Assembly (NCBI GenBank): GCA_002269645.1
Contig: NIVC01003720.1
Coordinates: 1-52,405 of the forward strand
DNA from: Macrostomum lignano
Taxonomy: Eukaryota
Reading direction: 5' to 3'
DNA length: 52,405 nucleotides
The position numbers were made by a program, and so were the translations under genes. Position 1 is the first letter of the stretch. Every line of letters begins with the position of its first letter. Below, in pieces: positions 12,655 through 41,400 of the stretch. The notes under the pieces are model-generated. The model searched no databases, was not told the origin of the DNA, and worked only from the letters and a program-made list of their open reading frames with translations.

Positions 12655-13631
12655 ACCCCCTCAGCTACTGAGCCAACCCCCTCAGCTACTGAGCCAACCC
12701 CCTCAGCTACTGAGCCAACTCCCTCAACTACTGAGCCAACTCCCTCAACTACTGGGCCAATCCCCTCAGCTACTGAGCCAATCCCCTCAACTACTGAGCC
12801 AACCCCCTCAGCTACTGAGCCAACCCCCTCAGCTATTGAGCCAACTCCCTCAACTACTGGGCCAATCCCCTCAGCTACTGAGCCAATCCCCTCAACTACT
12901 GAGCCAACCCCCTCAGCTACTGAGCCAACCCCCTCAGCTATTGAGCCAGCCCCCTCAGACACTGAGCCAACTCCCTCAACTACTGAGCCAACTCCCTCAA
13001 CTACTGGGCCAATCCCCTCAGCTACTGAGCCAATCCCCTCAACTACTGAGCCAACCCCCTCAGCTACTGAGCCAACCCCCTCAGCTACTGAGCCAACTCC
13101 CTCAGCTATTGAGCCAGCCCCCTCAGCTACTGAGCCAACTCCCTCAACTACTGGGCCAACTCCCTCAACTACTGGGCCAACTCCCTCAACTACTGAGCCA
13201 ACTCCCTCAACTACTGGGCCAATCCCCTCAGCTACTGAGCCAATCCCCTCAACTACTGAGCCAACCCCTCAGCTACTGAGCCAACCCCCTCAGCTACTGA
13301 GCCAGCCCCCTCAGACACTGAGCCAACTCCCTCAACTACTGAGCCAGCCCCCTCAACTACTGAGCCAACTCCCTCAGACACTGAGCCAACTCCCTCAACT
13401 ACTGAGCCAACTCCCTCAGCTACTGGGCCAACTCCCTCAGCTACTGAGCCAACTCCCTCAGCTACTGAGGCCAACCCCCTCAGCTACTGAGCCAGCCCCC
13501 TCAACTACTGAGGCCAACCCCCCTCAGCTACTGAGCCAACCCCCTCAGCTATTGAGCCAGCCCCCTCAGCTATTGAGCCAGCCCCCTCAGCTATTGAGCC
13601 AGCCCCCTCAGCTATTGAGCCAGCCCCCTCA
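12655..13631 (+). repeat. 21-bp minisatellite CCCCCTCAGCTACTGAGCCAA
   Basis: About 45 units; source of the VAEGVGS and QLLSQPP ORFs. Confidence 0.95.
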
Positions 13632-13636
13632 GTCAT

Positions 13637-15155
13637 TCAGCCCAAGTGGAGAATCCGATTCCAACCAACCCTGCGCTGGCTCGCGGAGTCGCGCCGGTCG
13701 CAGTCGGACTTCTTTGCGTTGGTCGGAGAGCAGGGGGCGGCCTGCTCGGAGGCCTTCTGGTCGGCGTTGGACTGACAGTTTGCTGGGGCGGTGGCGGCGC
13801 ACGGCGATTTGCGGCAGCTTTCAGCCGCTGGTGGCATCTCTGCCTCTGGCTGGGCACGTCGTGCGCACGTGTTGTTCAGGTGGTTGCCAGGCAGACGGTT
13901 CGGCAGGTCCCAGGTGCCTTTAAAGTCGCCCCAGGGCGAGCCCTCCGAGCGTCCGACGCCGGGCAGCAAGTGGCCGAGTTCGTTTGCGATGATCTTAGTG
14001 CTGCCGGCCCGGGTGGACGGGTACTGCAGCGGCGGGAATTGGAAGAGCGTTGAATTCTGCGATGCTATATTTTGTCCAGGAGTTTCAAAAATGATTAACT
14101 TGACATTTGAAAAACTGTAAATCACTTTTTATCGTTATAGTTTATTTACTCGTGTTTATAGCCGTATAAATAAAACATACAGTTGTCAACTATATCAGAA
14201 GCAAGATACATCGAAACTAAATTGAAACACAAAAGAAATAGGAAAAAGCAAGCTTAAAGACTTCTAAAATATGCATGCAAGGTACAATGTGAATGAATAT
14301 TTCCAAATATACAATATTTTTTAAATTCAAAATACTGCAGGCACCATCACCTCTTTCAGCTGCTTGGGCACAGTGTACTGTTGCAGCCGGCGAGCCCGGA
14401 ATGCATCGTCGTACTGAAAGTAAAGACAAAAAATTGAATTAAAACAAAGCATTGCTGATTAATTCTTTGGCTAGACAACTTTGTAAACTATATGTAAACT
14501 ATGTAAACTATGTATATGTAAACTATATGTAAACTATAAACTATATTATAAACTGACTAAAATAGGTATGACTCAGAAAAATTCTTAAGTTCTATTTTTT
14601 ATTTAATTTTTTTTACACTATAACCCAAATCCACTCTTACTATATACAATTTCTTACCAAATCATAAATTATAAAAAAATATTAAATTGTATTAAAAATC
14701 TATAATTTAATTTCATCAATGTGGTCTTCTGATTTTATAAATATATCGAAGGTAGTATCCAAAGATGTTAAAAGATTTGGCAATGAGTATAATCCTACTA
14801 AAAATGGGATCGAAAAAGTTTCTGAATTCAATTTGCAATCAGCAGATTCTTCCTTTGAGGGGACTCTGTCTTCTCTACTTCTTAATTTCTGAAAGTTGCT
14901 TATAAGTACGAATAAGCGATAAGTTTATAAAAATTCAGTACGTTCGTGCAATTGCAGTCTCCTCAGTTTTCATATTTCAGTTTTCCTAGTCTCTGTAGTT
15001 CAAAACATTATTTTCAAATATCTGAGAACTTTTTGTGGCTAGGGTAACCAAGTGATTTTGAATTAAAGATACTATATTTCTAAAAAGTACTGATGACGAA
15101 GGGCCTTTTAAGAAGCTAATTAACTTACTTGATTTACAGCAAATCCCGACGACAT
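13637..15155 (-). CDS. CFAP126: Flattop / cilia- and flagella-associated protein 126
   Basis: Exons 15155-15129 (MSSGFAVNQ|GTAAG), 14413-14351 (YDDAFRARRLQQYTVPKQLKE|GT) and 14023-13637 (YPSTRAGSTKIIANELGHLLPGVGRSEGSPWGDFKGTWDLP...). All junctions are phase 0. These match the Flattop pattern MATNYSANQ-YEKAF...-TQIIANDRGHLLP..PRS..SPWG.F.GTW. 158 aa if the stop at 13637 is used. Confidence 0.9.
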
Positions 15156-15266
15156 TTTAAAAATATTGCTGAGACAGTTTTGGCTATAACTGAAAATATA
15201 CGAGCAAGCAATTAGCGAGAGTTATTAAAAAGAGACTTACTTAAGCGTTTGAATTTCTTCACACGC

Positions 15267-15280
15267 ATTTCCATGACAAC
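15267..15280 (-). promoter_or_regulatory. RFX X-box-like motif GTTGTCATGGAAAT upstream of Flattop
   Basis: About 112 bp upstream of the Flattop ATG. One mismatch to the 14-bp X-box pattern GTYNYYATRGNAAC. RFX control of ciliary genes is established. Confidence 0.6.
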
Positions 15281-15286
15281 AGTAGC

Positions 15287-15363
15287 ATTGGTCAGACCAA
15301 TCTTAAGAAGCTGCAAGATTGGCTACAGCGATATTTCAAAGAGCGCCTTTTTCAGCGTCCAAT
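15287..15363. promoter_or_regulatory. Cluster of four CCAAT boxes, including palindrome ATTGGTCAGACCAAT
   Basis: ATTGG 15287, CCAAT 15297, ATTGG 15318 and CCAAT 15359, all between two divergent ATGs. Confidence 0.5.
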
Positions 15364-15482
15364 GGCAGAAAAGCGCACGTGCAAATTAAAACCGTTCTGC
15401 TTTTCTTCCAAGTTTAGCCAAGTTTGAGGCGCATTCATGCCCGACGATACCTGAATTTGATTTTGAAAGTTTTATATGTGGC

Positions 15483-31184
<15,702 letters not shown>

Positions 31185-32441
31185 CTCTTGATCGGTCGCC
31201 CTTAGCTACTGTATAACCATCCGGCATTCAGTTTTTATCGGGCTTTATCCACAACTATAGACAGGCGTACGGCCCCTTCATTTCAGACTGCTACATGTAT
31301 AAGCAGGCATTTTTAATTAATGGCATATATTGTTGACGTTTTATTTAACTAATCTGTCTGTTTTCCTTCATAATAGTCATATCATGGTCATTATTAATAA
31401 GCCGTATAAAGTTTTGCCATCACTTGGAATAAATATTAATTTATTATTTCATGATATGTCTGAAACCGCCGAAATTGTCGGATTTATTTCTCGCTGAACA
31501 AATACTGAAATTATACTTTGTAAATGTTTACTGTACTCATGTGAGTAGTTTGGAGCCACAGTGAAAGTTTTTTATAGCAATTCTTAACAACGCAAATCAG
31601 AATATTTCTTAAATCGAGATTTAATCCGTAATGTCAGAAGCGTAGTACAAGACTCAAAAGATTCGTGAACACAGAAGATTGATCGTGATGTTCTATACAG
31701 TATATTATATATATGCATATACTACGTATGTGATATCGGCATATCGCTCACAGAGCCGAATAAACATACGAGCGCGTAGATGTATGCAGTTACGTGTATC
31801 TGATCTTGTCACTGAGCCTATAGATATATCTCCGTGCGGTGCTTCATAATCGGTGAGATGTATGCATGTACATTATATGTACATAAGTACATTTTAGGGA
31901 CCACACGCGACGTATAATTCACTTTACTGTACACTATGAGAATAGTACAACAGTGATCTTTGGTATATAAATAATGGGTCCTAGGAAGCTAAAACAAGGA
32001 CTTCTAGACTAGAAGTTAATCTAGAGTTAGAACTAGAGTTAGTCTAGAAGTCCTTGCTTCTAAACTTATCAAAGTCGTTTCAGCTGGCTTTATTTTTATA
32101 AAATAACTTTTATATTCTTCCTTTCTGCTGAACTGAAGGTAGAAAGCTGTTTTGCTAAGTATATATGCCTGAGTGGCTCATCTAGTTATTTTAGTATCTG
32201 TGCATTATCGTCACAAAACATTTCTTTCTAAATGTTTTTGTAACGCTTTTGTAACGACACGAGCAGTTGGATTTGTGCACACTTTTAAAACGGAATTCGT
32301 CAGCTAAATTTTACACGCAGTCCGCATCCAAATTTTAAAAAGCTTAGTTTCTAATATACTTTTCTCGTCCGTTTGCACAGAAGAGACCTACGGGTTTTGC
32401 TTTTATTACCAATTTATATTAAATTTGATCGCTAAGCTAAA

Positions 32442-35400
32442 ATGACCATCAACGATCCTTTGTACACACCGTTCTTTGGTGTTATGGGTGCCTCGGCTGC
32501 TATGGTTTTCTGTGGTAAGCCACAATCTTTAATTGTCGAATGTTAGACATGATAATTTGATCATTAGGTATTTTTACACTTAACCTTGTAAACTTAATAA
32601 TCATTTTATAAATAGAAACATAAATAACGAGTTTTATTTATTTATTTATAGATATATTTCAGACTTGCATACATTGATTAGGCTATCCTACCTAGGCCTA
32701 GTTTGTTTTCAAACATACAACTTGTAATCTAAATTGTAAGTATTATAAGTTTCATAAAAACTTTAAGTTGTAGAAACACTTAAAATTGGTGAAAATTTTG
32801 ACTCTAGTTGTTAAAAGCCATAGGCCTAGGCCAGTGATGGATCAAAATTCAATTTCAATTTTGATATTCCGAATTTCAAAACTAATTTTGCATCAAAATA
32901 ATTTCAATTTCAATTTCGAATTTTGACACCATTCATCAAAAATCATTTCGAAATTTTGGTTATATTTTAACAATTTAGACATTGATGATCATGCTACACA
33001 AGTAAGAAAATCTATAGGAAGTAAAAGGAAGTGCGGTTCAAAGATTCAGTGGGGAGGTGAGAATTGTATTTTCTACAAGAAAAGATTGTGCAGGGCACAT
33101 ACTGTTCAAGGCCTTTTACTACACCCACTTCAACCTCCACAAGCCCACTGGCTGAACTTATCGGCGTGGATTTTAATTGGCTAAAGACTTATAAAGCCTT
33201 AATGAAATGGATATAGCCATAGGCTAGGGGGGGGCCTACTCGTATCTAGATCTTCAGCTTAAACAGTGTTATAGTATAATACAACTTCTACTATATTTTT
33301 ATGTACGAGTCTATAATACATAATACACCAGCATTTTCTATTTCATATTTTTAAAGAAGTTAAATCTTAAGTATTCTGGTTTAAACATATCAAAGATACT
33401 TTTTATAAAACATGTAAGCTCATACATGCAAAGGCAAGGTATTAACCTTTTTGCATGATTAGTGAAAAATTAAAAATTTGTTAAGCTCAAAAATTTCAAT
33501 TTTAATTTCAATTTTGATTCTAAAGAACCAAAAATTTTGATTTCAATTTCGATTTGAAAAATAATTTCAATCCATCACTACCATAGGCCCTAGTCAGGAT
33601 CATAGCATGCCTATGCTGAAATGAATCCTAGGCCTATCAAAAGGTAGCATGACTACTTCTCTATCTACTTCTATATCGGTAGCGTCTACTTATCTTATTG
33701 GTAGCATCTGTACATGTACTGTATTCTTTGGCCTGAGTGGTCTAATGGCACTGTTTACTCTATTTATTCCTATAAGTTTTCTCTCAGTCTTGGGTGTTCC
33801 CTTGATCAGATGGTCATAGCCTTATGCATTTTTCCTGCCCTAAGGCAATTCTCGCTTTTAGTGGTTTTTGATACTCCTAATGAGGGTTAATACTCTAGAA
33901 AATAAGTAAGGCCTTTGAATACTGCAATCTAGTGATTTAATATAGGAACAAATATATTCAGAGCAAGTTATTTAGCTCGCAGAACTGTAACACAAAGGAA
34001 ACAAGTTATCACAATTTATTTTTATTGGCCTCTTCTGGGCTCCTATTTATAATAAGATTTCTTATCATTTCAAACAAAAAATAATTTTATAGCTCACAAC
34101 ATTTAAACAAAGGATAAAAGATTGTTATTAATGCAGATTTAAAATAGAGTTTTCTAGAAACATAAAAACAAGTAAACTATTAGAACTATTATACAGTATT
34201 ATACTATATAAAAATTTATACTTTATCAGTACTTTATACTTTTATCAGTATTATACTGATAAAAAAGAAAATAGAGTTGTCTATCATTCTGTGTGGCACC
34301 TATGCCAATAAGATCAGTGCTTGTCTTAAGACAAATAGAATTTTATTCAAGATAAAAAGCAAATATAAGCTAGAAAAGAAAAAATACTTTGTCAAAAAAC
34401 TTTAAAATATTTATCTGGTTTTCATTGAAATAGTAATAAACTATACCATTTTTTATATAAATGGCTTTTTTGAAAAAAAAACAGACACTTGCAAAAAATA
34501 ATAAGTTTCTACATAATAAGTCATAGAATACAAAGCCAATAAAATAAGATTTTTTAATTCTTAACCAATATTTTTATTAATTCATAAAATATACCTAAAA
34601 TGTTAACAAATTATCATTGTATTTACTTTGTTCAATGCATTCACTTTGTTGTGCTTAGTTTAAAACATGCTTGGGTGCAATCTAGGGATTCAACCAGCCA
34701 TTTCTATTGGCAACACACATACATGTAAGTTGCTATTGGACAGAATAGTAGTCACATGACTGCTCTCAGCCAATAGCAACTTACATGTGTGTGTTGCCAA
34801 TAGAAATGGCCAGGTGATTCCCAAGGTTGTGCATGTATGGTTTAAAAACAACTTTTAATATGCTACATAATGTTTTAGGCATTGTTACAAATATACATCA
34901 CACAACCCTCCTGATTAACTCTAGCAAACAAATTTAACTTACCTATTAAAGAAACCTAAGCAAAATTAACATGATTTTTGGAAAATAGCAGGAGTAACTA
35001 TATTGTTATATGCAGGGTGTCCACGCAAAATTCAATATCAATTTGCAGGTTTTTTCTAGGTTTTTCCAGGTTCAAATAAGTAAAGCTCCAGGTTGCTACC
35101 TGGTGAAGCTTTATAAAATAAAACGTGAAAAATGAAATGGAAAGTAAAAAATGGGTAAAATATATAGTCTATTGTCAATGAGCCGTCACAGTGCTACCAT
35201 AGGCGGAAAATTGCTTAAAAAATTCACCGAAAAGTTATTTGTCACAGTCAACAATCAAGTTATTAAGGATTCCATGGAAGAAAAAATTTAAATTGTACTT
35301 GTTTGTTTTAGCTCAAAAAAACAATTTTCTGTTTTTACCATAGATTATATTGGAAATTTATTGCATTGTAATTGAATTCTTTCAAATTGTTGTCATATGC

Positions 35401-38400
35401 GTATTAAAGAAGAGTTATTACAATTTAAATCGAAACAAATTCACAATTTTTTCAGCAAGTCCATGAATATTGTATTGTATGCACGTTTTAAATCTACTTG
35501 AAGCTTAGCACACTGTCTTACATGAAGCAAAACAACTCAAAGCAGCAGCGTTTCACAAACCCCAAATTGTACAACATAAAAATTATTCTTTATATTCTTT
35601 CACCTTAATATCTAACCCCAAACCATGTGAATATGTTCTTGATGCTATGAAATTTTGGGTTTGTGAAAGCACCCCTATCGTACAAGGTTTTGTATTACCT
35701 TACAATTCAAATTAGAATCGTTACAACTGCAATTTAATATATAGACTTCAAAGGGGACATTTAGCGGGTTGATTTTCCTGGAGGCTTTGACTACAATAAC
35801 TGAGTGGGTCGAAAAATTGTGCTACTAAATTTTCTGACTTCATAACTATCTAATACTTGCGTTGCAGTTCAACTGTTGCAGTTCCAGATTTGCACTTTCC
35901 ACAAAATGCTCACAAATGTCGACTGTTGTAACACCGCACAGCTGCCAGGAGCCTTTCAGCGAAGAGAGGATGCATGCTCGCCACCTTGTATCTCTCCCAA
36001 TGCAGGAGGAAGTCCCTGTGCATCGACTCCATGCATTGTTTGTTCCATGGCCCCAGGCCTGTTTTGTCCTTGGCGCGGCAGAAGTCACCGACGTGGTGGA
36101 AAATCGCGTGGATTTTTGGACTGATGGAAATGCCAAGATCGGCATAACTGGTGCGAAATTCCTGAATCGCCTGCTTGAAATTGGGACGCAGCTCACTCCC
36201 AAAGCATGACACCACGACTGAGTTCAACGCTCAAAGGGCGGCAACAAACGGCAGCGCTGCCATCGGGCACATCGCTTCTAGCAGGTCCACATTGTGCAGC
36301 AACTTGCGGCTCGCATTGCCAGTGAAGCTGCCACTGTGATGCTTGTCACGTTGGACATTGCAAGCTGTAAGCCAAGCTTCGCTCTCGGGCCACACACCAT
36401 GCAGACCCTTTTACAGCACATGGACTGCACCGGTCAGCAGGTGCAGCTCCGGGGAGGGACAATGTGCAACACCGGGACTTCAACTCCAGCGGAAAAGATG
36501 CTGGGCTGGACGACGTTATCAAAGTGCTTAGCTAGTTGGCGTTCACCACCAGCAGCCAGGTAGGCCTGGTATTTCTCACTGAGGCTGCGAAAGGTCCTTG
36601 GCTTGCCACTGCTGTCAAGGCTCCCTTTATTGACGTTGCATCAGGTGCAGGGATGCAAGCTACTGTGGGCCATCAAGCCGAGCAGGATGTTGGCAAGCTT
36701 CAGGTCGCATGCGATGCTGATGTTCACCGACAGAAGCTGCAGGCGGCAGCTCTCCCAGAGACATTCCAGGTTCCTGTGGTTCTCCTGCGTGTTGGGAGCA
36801 ATGCCAAGGATAACGGCCCGATGCACGCCAGTGTCGAGGAATCGGCGATCAGCCCCCTTCTGTTGCTCCTCACCAGCACACACGCACAGGTCAAAAATGG
36901 ATATTGAGAGCTTCAAGAACCCACCTCCACCATCAATTCCAATTCTGACGACTGTGGAAGCAACATCCATCAACCGGCGGTTTGCAATCATGCGGCCCAG
37001 GAGCTCGACCACGTCAGTGCAGACAATGGCCCACTGCTCAGCTGGAGTCTGCCTTCCCCTCTCTTCTCGGATAAACGCCAGCTGCTTCGCTTGGAAAAGG
37101 TCATCCAGTTCGTGATCCATCTCCCTCAATGTCTGCCGGATGTTGCTCTGGACAGCTAAGGCGCCAATCAAAGACTGAAGATTTCGAAGTACAACCTCCG
37201 TTTTGCGCGAACTGAGGCCCAGCTCACCTTGCAGATGACGTATATTATCCGCCATGAAGACCGTTGTTGGCTTCAGAGGTGGCAGATTCACAGCCAGCCT
37301 CATTGAGGGTCCAGCGTTGGATGCCAGCACGGTGATGCCCAAGGCTGTGTCTCCGGAGCCTGAAGTAATAAGTTTCTGCCGCACAATTTTTGTGGTGAGC
37401 CACTCTGGGAATTCTAGGGATGCTTCCTGCAACAAGGCATGCGCATTCTGCAGTCTTGTGGGTCTGTTGCATGTGTGCAGCTTGCCCCTGCCAATAGGAC
37501 TGATGCAGAAAGAGCAGACCTTGACCATTTCGGGCTTGGGCGTTGTAGCCTCGTCCGCCGTCAAACTCGGCTGCCCAACAGACCGCTTTGGGACGTTGGC
37601 TTCTGGAGGATAGACTCTGCATCTGGTAGTGCTGCAGATCTTACAGTTGCATCCATCTTGGCCCACTGATCGGGTCACCGGCAGTAACTGCACGTCCCTG
37701 AAGTCATACATCGGTGGCACATCAGCCCGTTGGCCCTTCTCCAGCTGCTGCAGAGCGAATCTGCATGTGCCACAAATTGCCTTGGGAACGCGATTATCGT
37801 GCAAATTGTAGAGCCAGCCACTGTGCCGATTGATGATGGCCAGCATCCAGGGCGTAACGGATCACAACTCTTTTGCCTTCGAAAAGCACAAAATGCAGAT
37901 CCAATTGGGGCAACCTTTGTGTGACAGTGGCATGACAAAAACTGTGTACACGCAAGCACAATCGTTGCAACTAAATTTTAAATGAAACACTTTTAGACAG
38001 AGTTGAACAACAAAACCTCTTCAAAAGGGACCTCCTTATGTTTGAGGTTTGACGTTTATATTGATGAAAAACATAAATGAGCACAATGGCATTACAAGAC
38101 TGAGGGTGGTTCGGCAAGTGCTTGGTGCAAAGAGCGCACACCAATGTACAATATCATACTTTGTATGTACAGCTCAGGAAGAGAGAGAGCAAGCCACAGT
38201 GTACAAGTGCTTACCTATGTATGTAGAATGGTGGAGGGATTGGCTGAGGGTAAAGCTTTGGGTCTGGGCGGGCTGGGTGGATCTGAACTAGTGACTCATC
38301 TGAACAAAGTGAGTACGAGTATAAAGGCTCATTCACAACGCCATCAAACAAGCAACCAACTCACATGACTTACGTACAAAAGGATAAAAAACTATGCACA

Positions 38401-41400
38401 TGTGTGATCACTTGAAATTTGGTCTCGTTTGAAAGCGGTATGAATAGGCCTTAAGACTCTCTTGTGGTAGGCCCATCCAAGTCAAATGTGTAGCTTTTAG
38501 GCATCAACCAATCATTGATGAATATCAGTAACATGTTTTTTAATGCTTGCCTTTAATCCTGAACTCAATCGAATTGATTTCTAAACAGTACGGTGATACT
38601 TTGCTTTTTTATTAATTCGTCTATGGTAAAAACTGAAAATAGCACTTTTTGAGCTAAAACAAACAAATACAATTTTTATTTTTTCTTCTAAGGAATCCTT
38701 ACTAATTCAAGTATCAATTGTGACAAATAACTTTTCCAGTGAATTTTTTTAGCAATTTTCCAACTATGGTAGCACCGTGCCGTCCATTAAAACTATAAGA
38801 CTAACATTGAATGAAACTGAAACTTGTAAAATAGAACATAAAATGGGACATTTATGGAAGTGAAAATAAAGCAAAATCTGCATGACAGTAAACGCTCTGC
38901 CAATGTTCAGCAAATAATTATGAGCTTTTAAGTACTTGTAACTAACTGTCGTCAGTTGCCAAATGTACTTAGGCAAGCCTTGTGTGCAACTCCTCGACAT
39001 AAGCAAGCGCCTCTGTCAGTGTTGCCACTCTTGGCGTTTTTTAACACTGGCGTTTTTTGGCGTTTTGTGTTTTTATTTGCTGAATTCCTTTTTCCTACAT
39101 TTTTTCAATGAATAATTCTGACCGTAAAAAGAGAAGTTCAGCTAGCGATTGAGAGGTTGCGCAAGGCGCAAGGGAAAGACCAGGACATTGCCATGCGCCT
39201 GACACAATTTGCATAGGATTGGCTGGTAATCAAACAGCATGCCATGGACAATGTCATCCAACGCAAAGCCGAGGAAGCTGCCAGATTGAAAGGACAGGCG
39301 GAGCATGCTTCGCTTGTTCGTCTCCCGAATGTTCCGAAAAAGAAAAAAAATTGACTACTCACTACGCTCATACTATGACTGCTACGCTATTGAACATCAA
39401 AAAGGAGTTGTCATTCCAATTGTTATTCAGTCTCTTTACTGGTTAATTATCACTTTGGTATTTCTAGGTGAGGTTGGTCTTCAACTGTTATTGTTGTTGT
39501 TAATCATTGTGTTAAGCCCTGTGTTATTTTTTTCTGTCAGCGTTTTTTTCGTCACAATGCTCAGTGGCAACACTGGCCTCTGTCTCTTCAGCCAAAGAGC
39601 ACGTCGCTTAGCTTCGAGCTCCTATTTGATTTGGAAAATCTCGTCAGTCGCTTTTCTATTCTGGGATACGGTGACCACTGTGCTCGATTTTTCCTCATCT
39701 CATTTTTCCTCCAAGGCATCACGGTAACGCTGCCTGGCCATTCTGACACTAGATAGGAAATTTTTGGAGAGTAAGATGTTCTTGCAGCCAGCAGCTACTG
39801 TTATAGCATCCTGGACTTGGCGCAGGGACACCAAAGAATCCTGCAGGAGGTTAGGCACTAGCAAGTCCTTGTTCACAGAAAATCCACTTTCAATAATGGC
39901 ATTGCCATGCTTATTGGCTTCCAGAGCACATCCCTGGCTGCTAGCTGCAAGCCGTGAAGCACACTTGCAGTGGCTTCTGCACCAGCAAGCAGGTTCCAGT
40001 AGAGCATGTCTACTTGCTCACTCATGGCATTAATGCGGCCATTGTTCTCTGAACAGTCCATAACAGTCCATAGGTCCATAAGTAGCATCCGAAAGCACTG
40101 TTGGCTGACTTCTGGAGAGCTGCAAATGAGTGTTGGCGAGAGAGAGCTAGCTCTGCGAACAATTGGATATCGAAGAGGCGACTTCTCTAGAAGTTTTTCA
40201 ATCAATTTGCAGTAGAACTGCTTGCATTCCAAAAGGAATTTCAGTTTGTCCTGCTCTGAAATTGTCTTCTCAGCGAGAGCGACACCCAATTCTTTTCGTG
40301 CGGCGAATCCAATGTCAATTAACTTTGCTGGCAAAGCAGCCTTATCCAGTTCCAAATTCGCCAGATCCAACATGGAAGCCTTAGTGACAATCTGTTGTGT
40401 AAAATAATAAGACAATATATATACTATGGAACTACAGTTGAAGTCAGTTGGCTGCATTGAATTACCTACTTACCTCAGGCTTAAAAAAAGTGACCAACAG
40501 TAAGAACGATAACGCTCAGCTTCTCATAGAGAAAGACAAACATTGGCTTCTTTGTCTGAAATTCAAGTAAGAATGGCTCAAGAAGCAGCAAAACACTGCG
40601 GAAGAATTGGAGCTTAGTTGAAAGAAGCGGATCCTTGCACGCATCGCAAATCTCGCCCATCAGTTGACTTCCTTCACCTTTGACCTTAAATTTAAAGCGT
40701 TTTGACAGCTCCAATTCTGTTTAAACATACATATGTTTTGGCTACTGTAGATAATTAAGATATTACAATAAATGCTTTTCTCACCGTTGCTTTCCGGAGC
40801 CACATCTTAAGGTTAGGCAGAATGGCAATTGCTCGTGAAGCCACAGGAGAATTCTCTAGCCAGCAGACAAGGCAAAACTTCAGTGGAAATCGGGTGTCGT
40901 TAGCTTTCGTGAGAGAAATGTACTCAGCTCGACATGCTGGACAGTCCTTAAGAAGCGGGTATAAGCTCTGCAAAAATCTGTTGAGCTCCCATGAAGTTGA
41001 AGCATGGCCACACTGAAAAGCTCGGCTGAGGGTATGCAAGCTGCATGTCCCAGCTTTGACAGGAACCAGGCTTTCAGGAATAGCAGAAATTTTGCCTTTC
41101 AGCAGTCGTAGAGTCTTTAAATTTACATTTGGACTGTCCATTGATACTTGTAGTATGGATAAAAGTGGCAGGTTTTTTAAGATGGACTCAAGTGCTTCAA
41201 GCAGGTTTTCCACCTTGGTTGAGCCTAAAAAAGCAGATCCAAGATACTGGGATTGAACCTGATGGCGTTTGTTATCCCAGAATCGAACATGAATGTCCAT
41301 CTGACTCTTTTGTGTAATCTTGTTTAGAGCCTCATCATAGCAAACTACGATGTCAGTATAGGCAGCCAGGTTCTAGCGCAGCTCTTGCTTGAAGAATGGA

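Noticed and set aside
12645-13474. VAEGVGS, MAPELGK, MDSTEGLVA and DGEGMLRLWL repeats as elastomeric, antifreeze or ice-nucleation proteins
   Set aside because: Unit lengths divisible by 3 create periodic ORFs on both strands; no signal peptide or splice context, and indels break the frames.
32360-32441. TTTGCACAG upstream of the V-ATPase ATG as a spliced-leader trans-splice acceptor or operon junction
   Set aside because: Cannot be distinguished from a cis 5'-UTR intron or chance without transcript data; no SL RNA gene recognised in the window.
37934-38779. A RAG2-like partner gene making the Chapaev element a ProtoRAG
   Set aside because: Under 0.9 kb is free at either side of the transposase, with only short featureless ORFs; the TSD is 4 bp rather than 5 bp and the TIRs are symmetrical.
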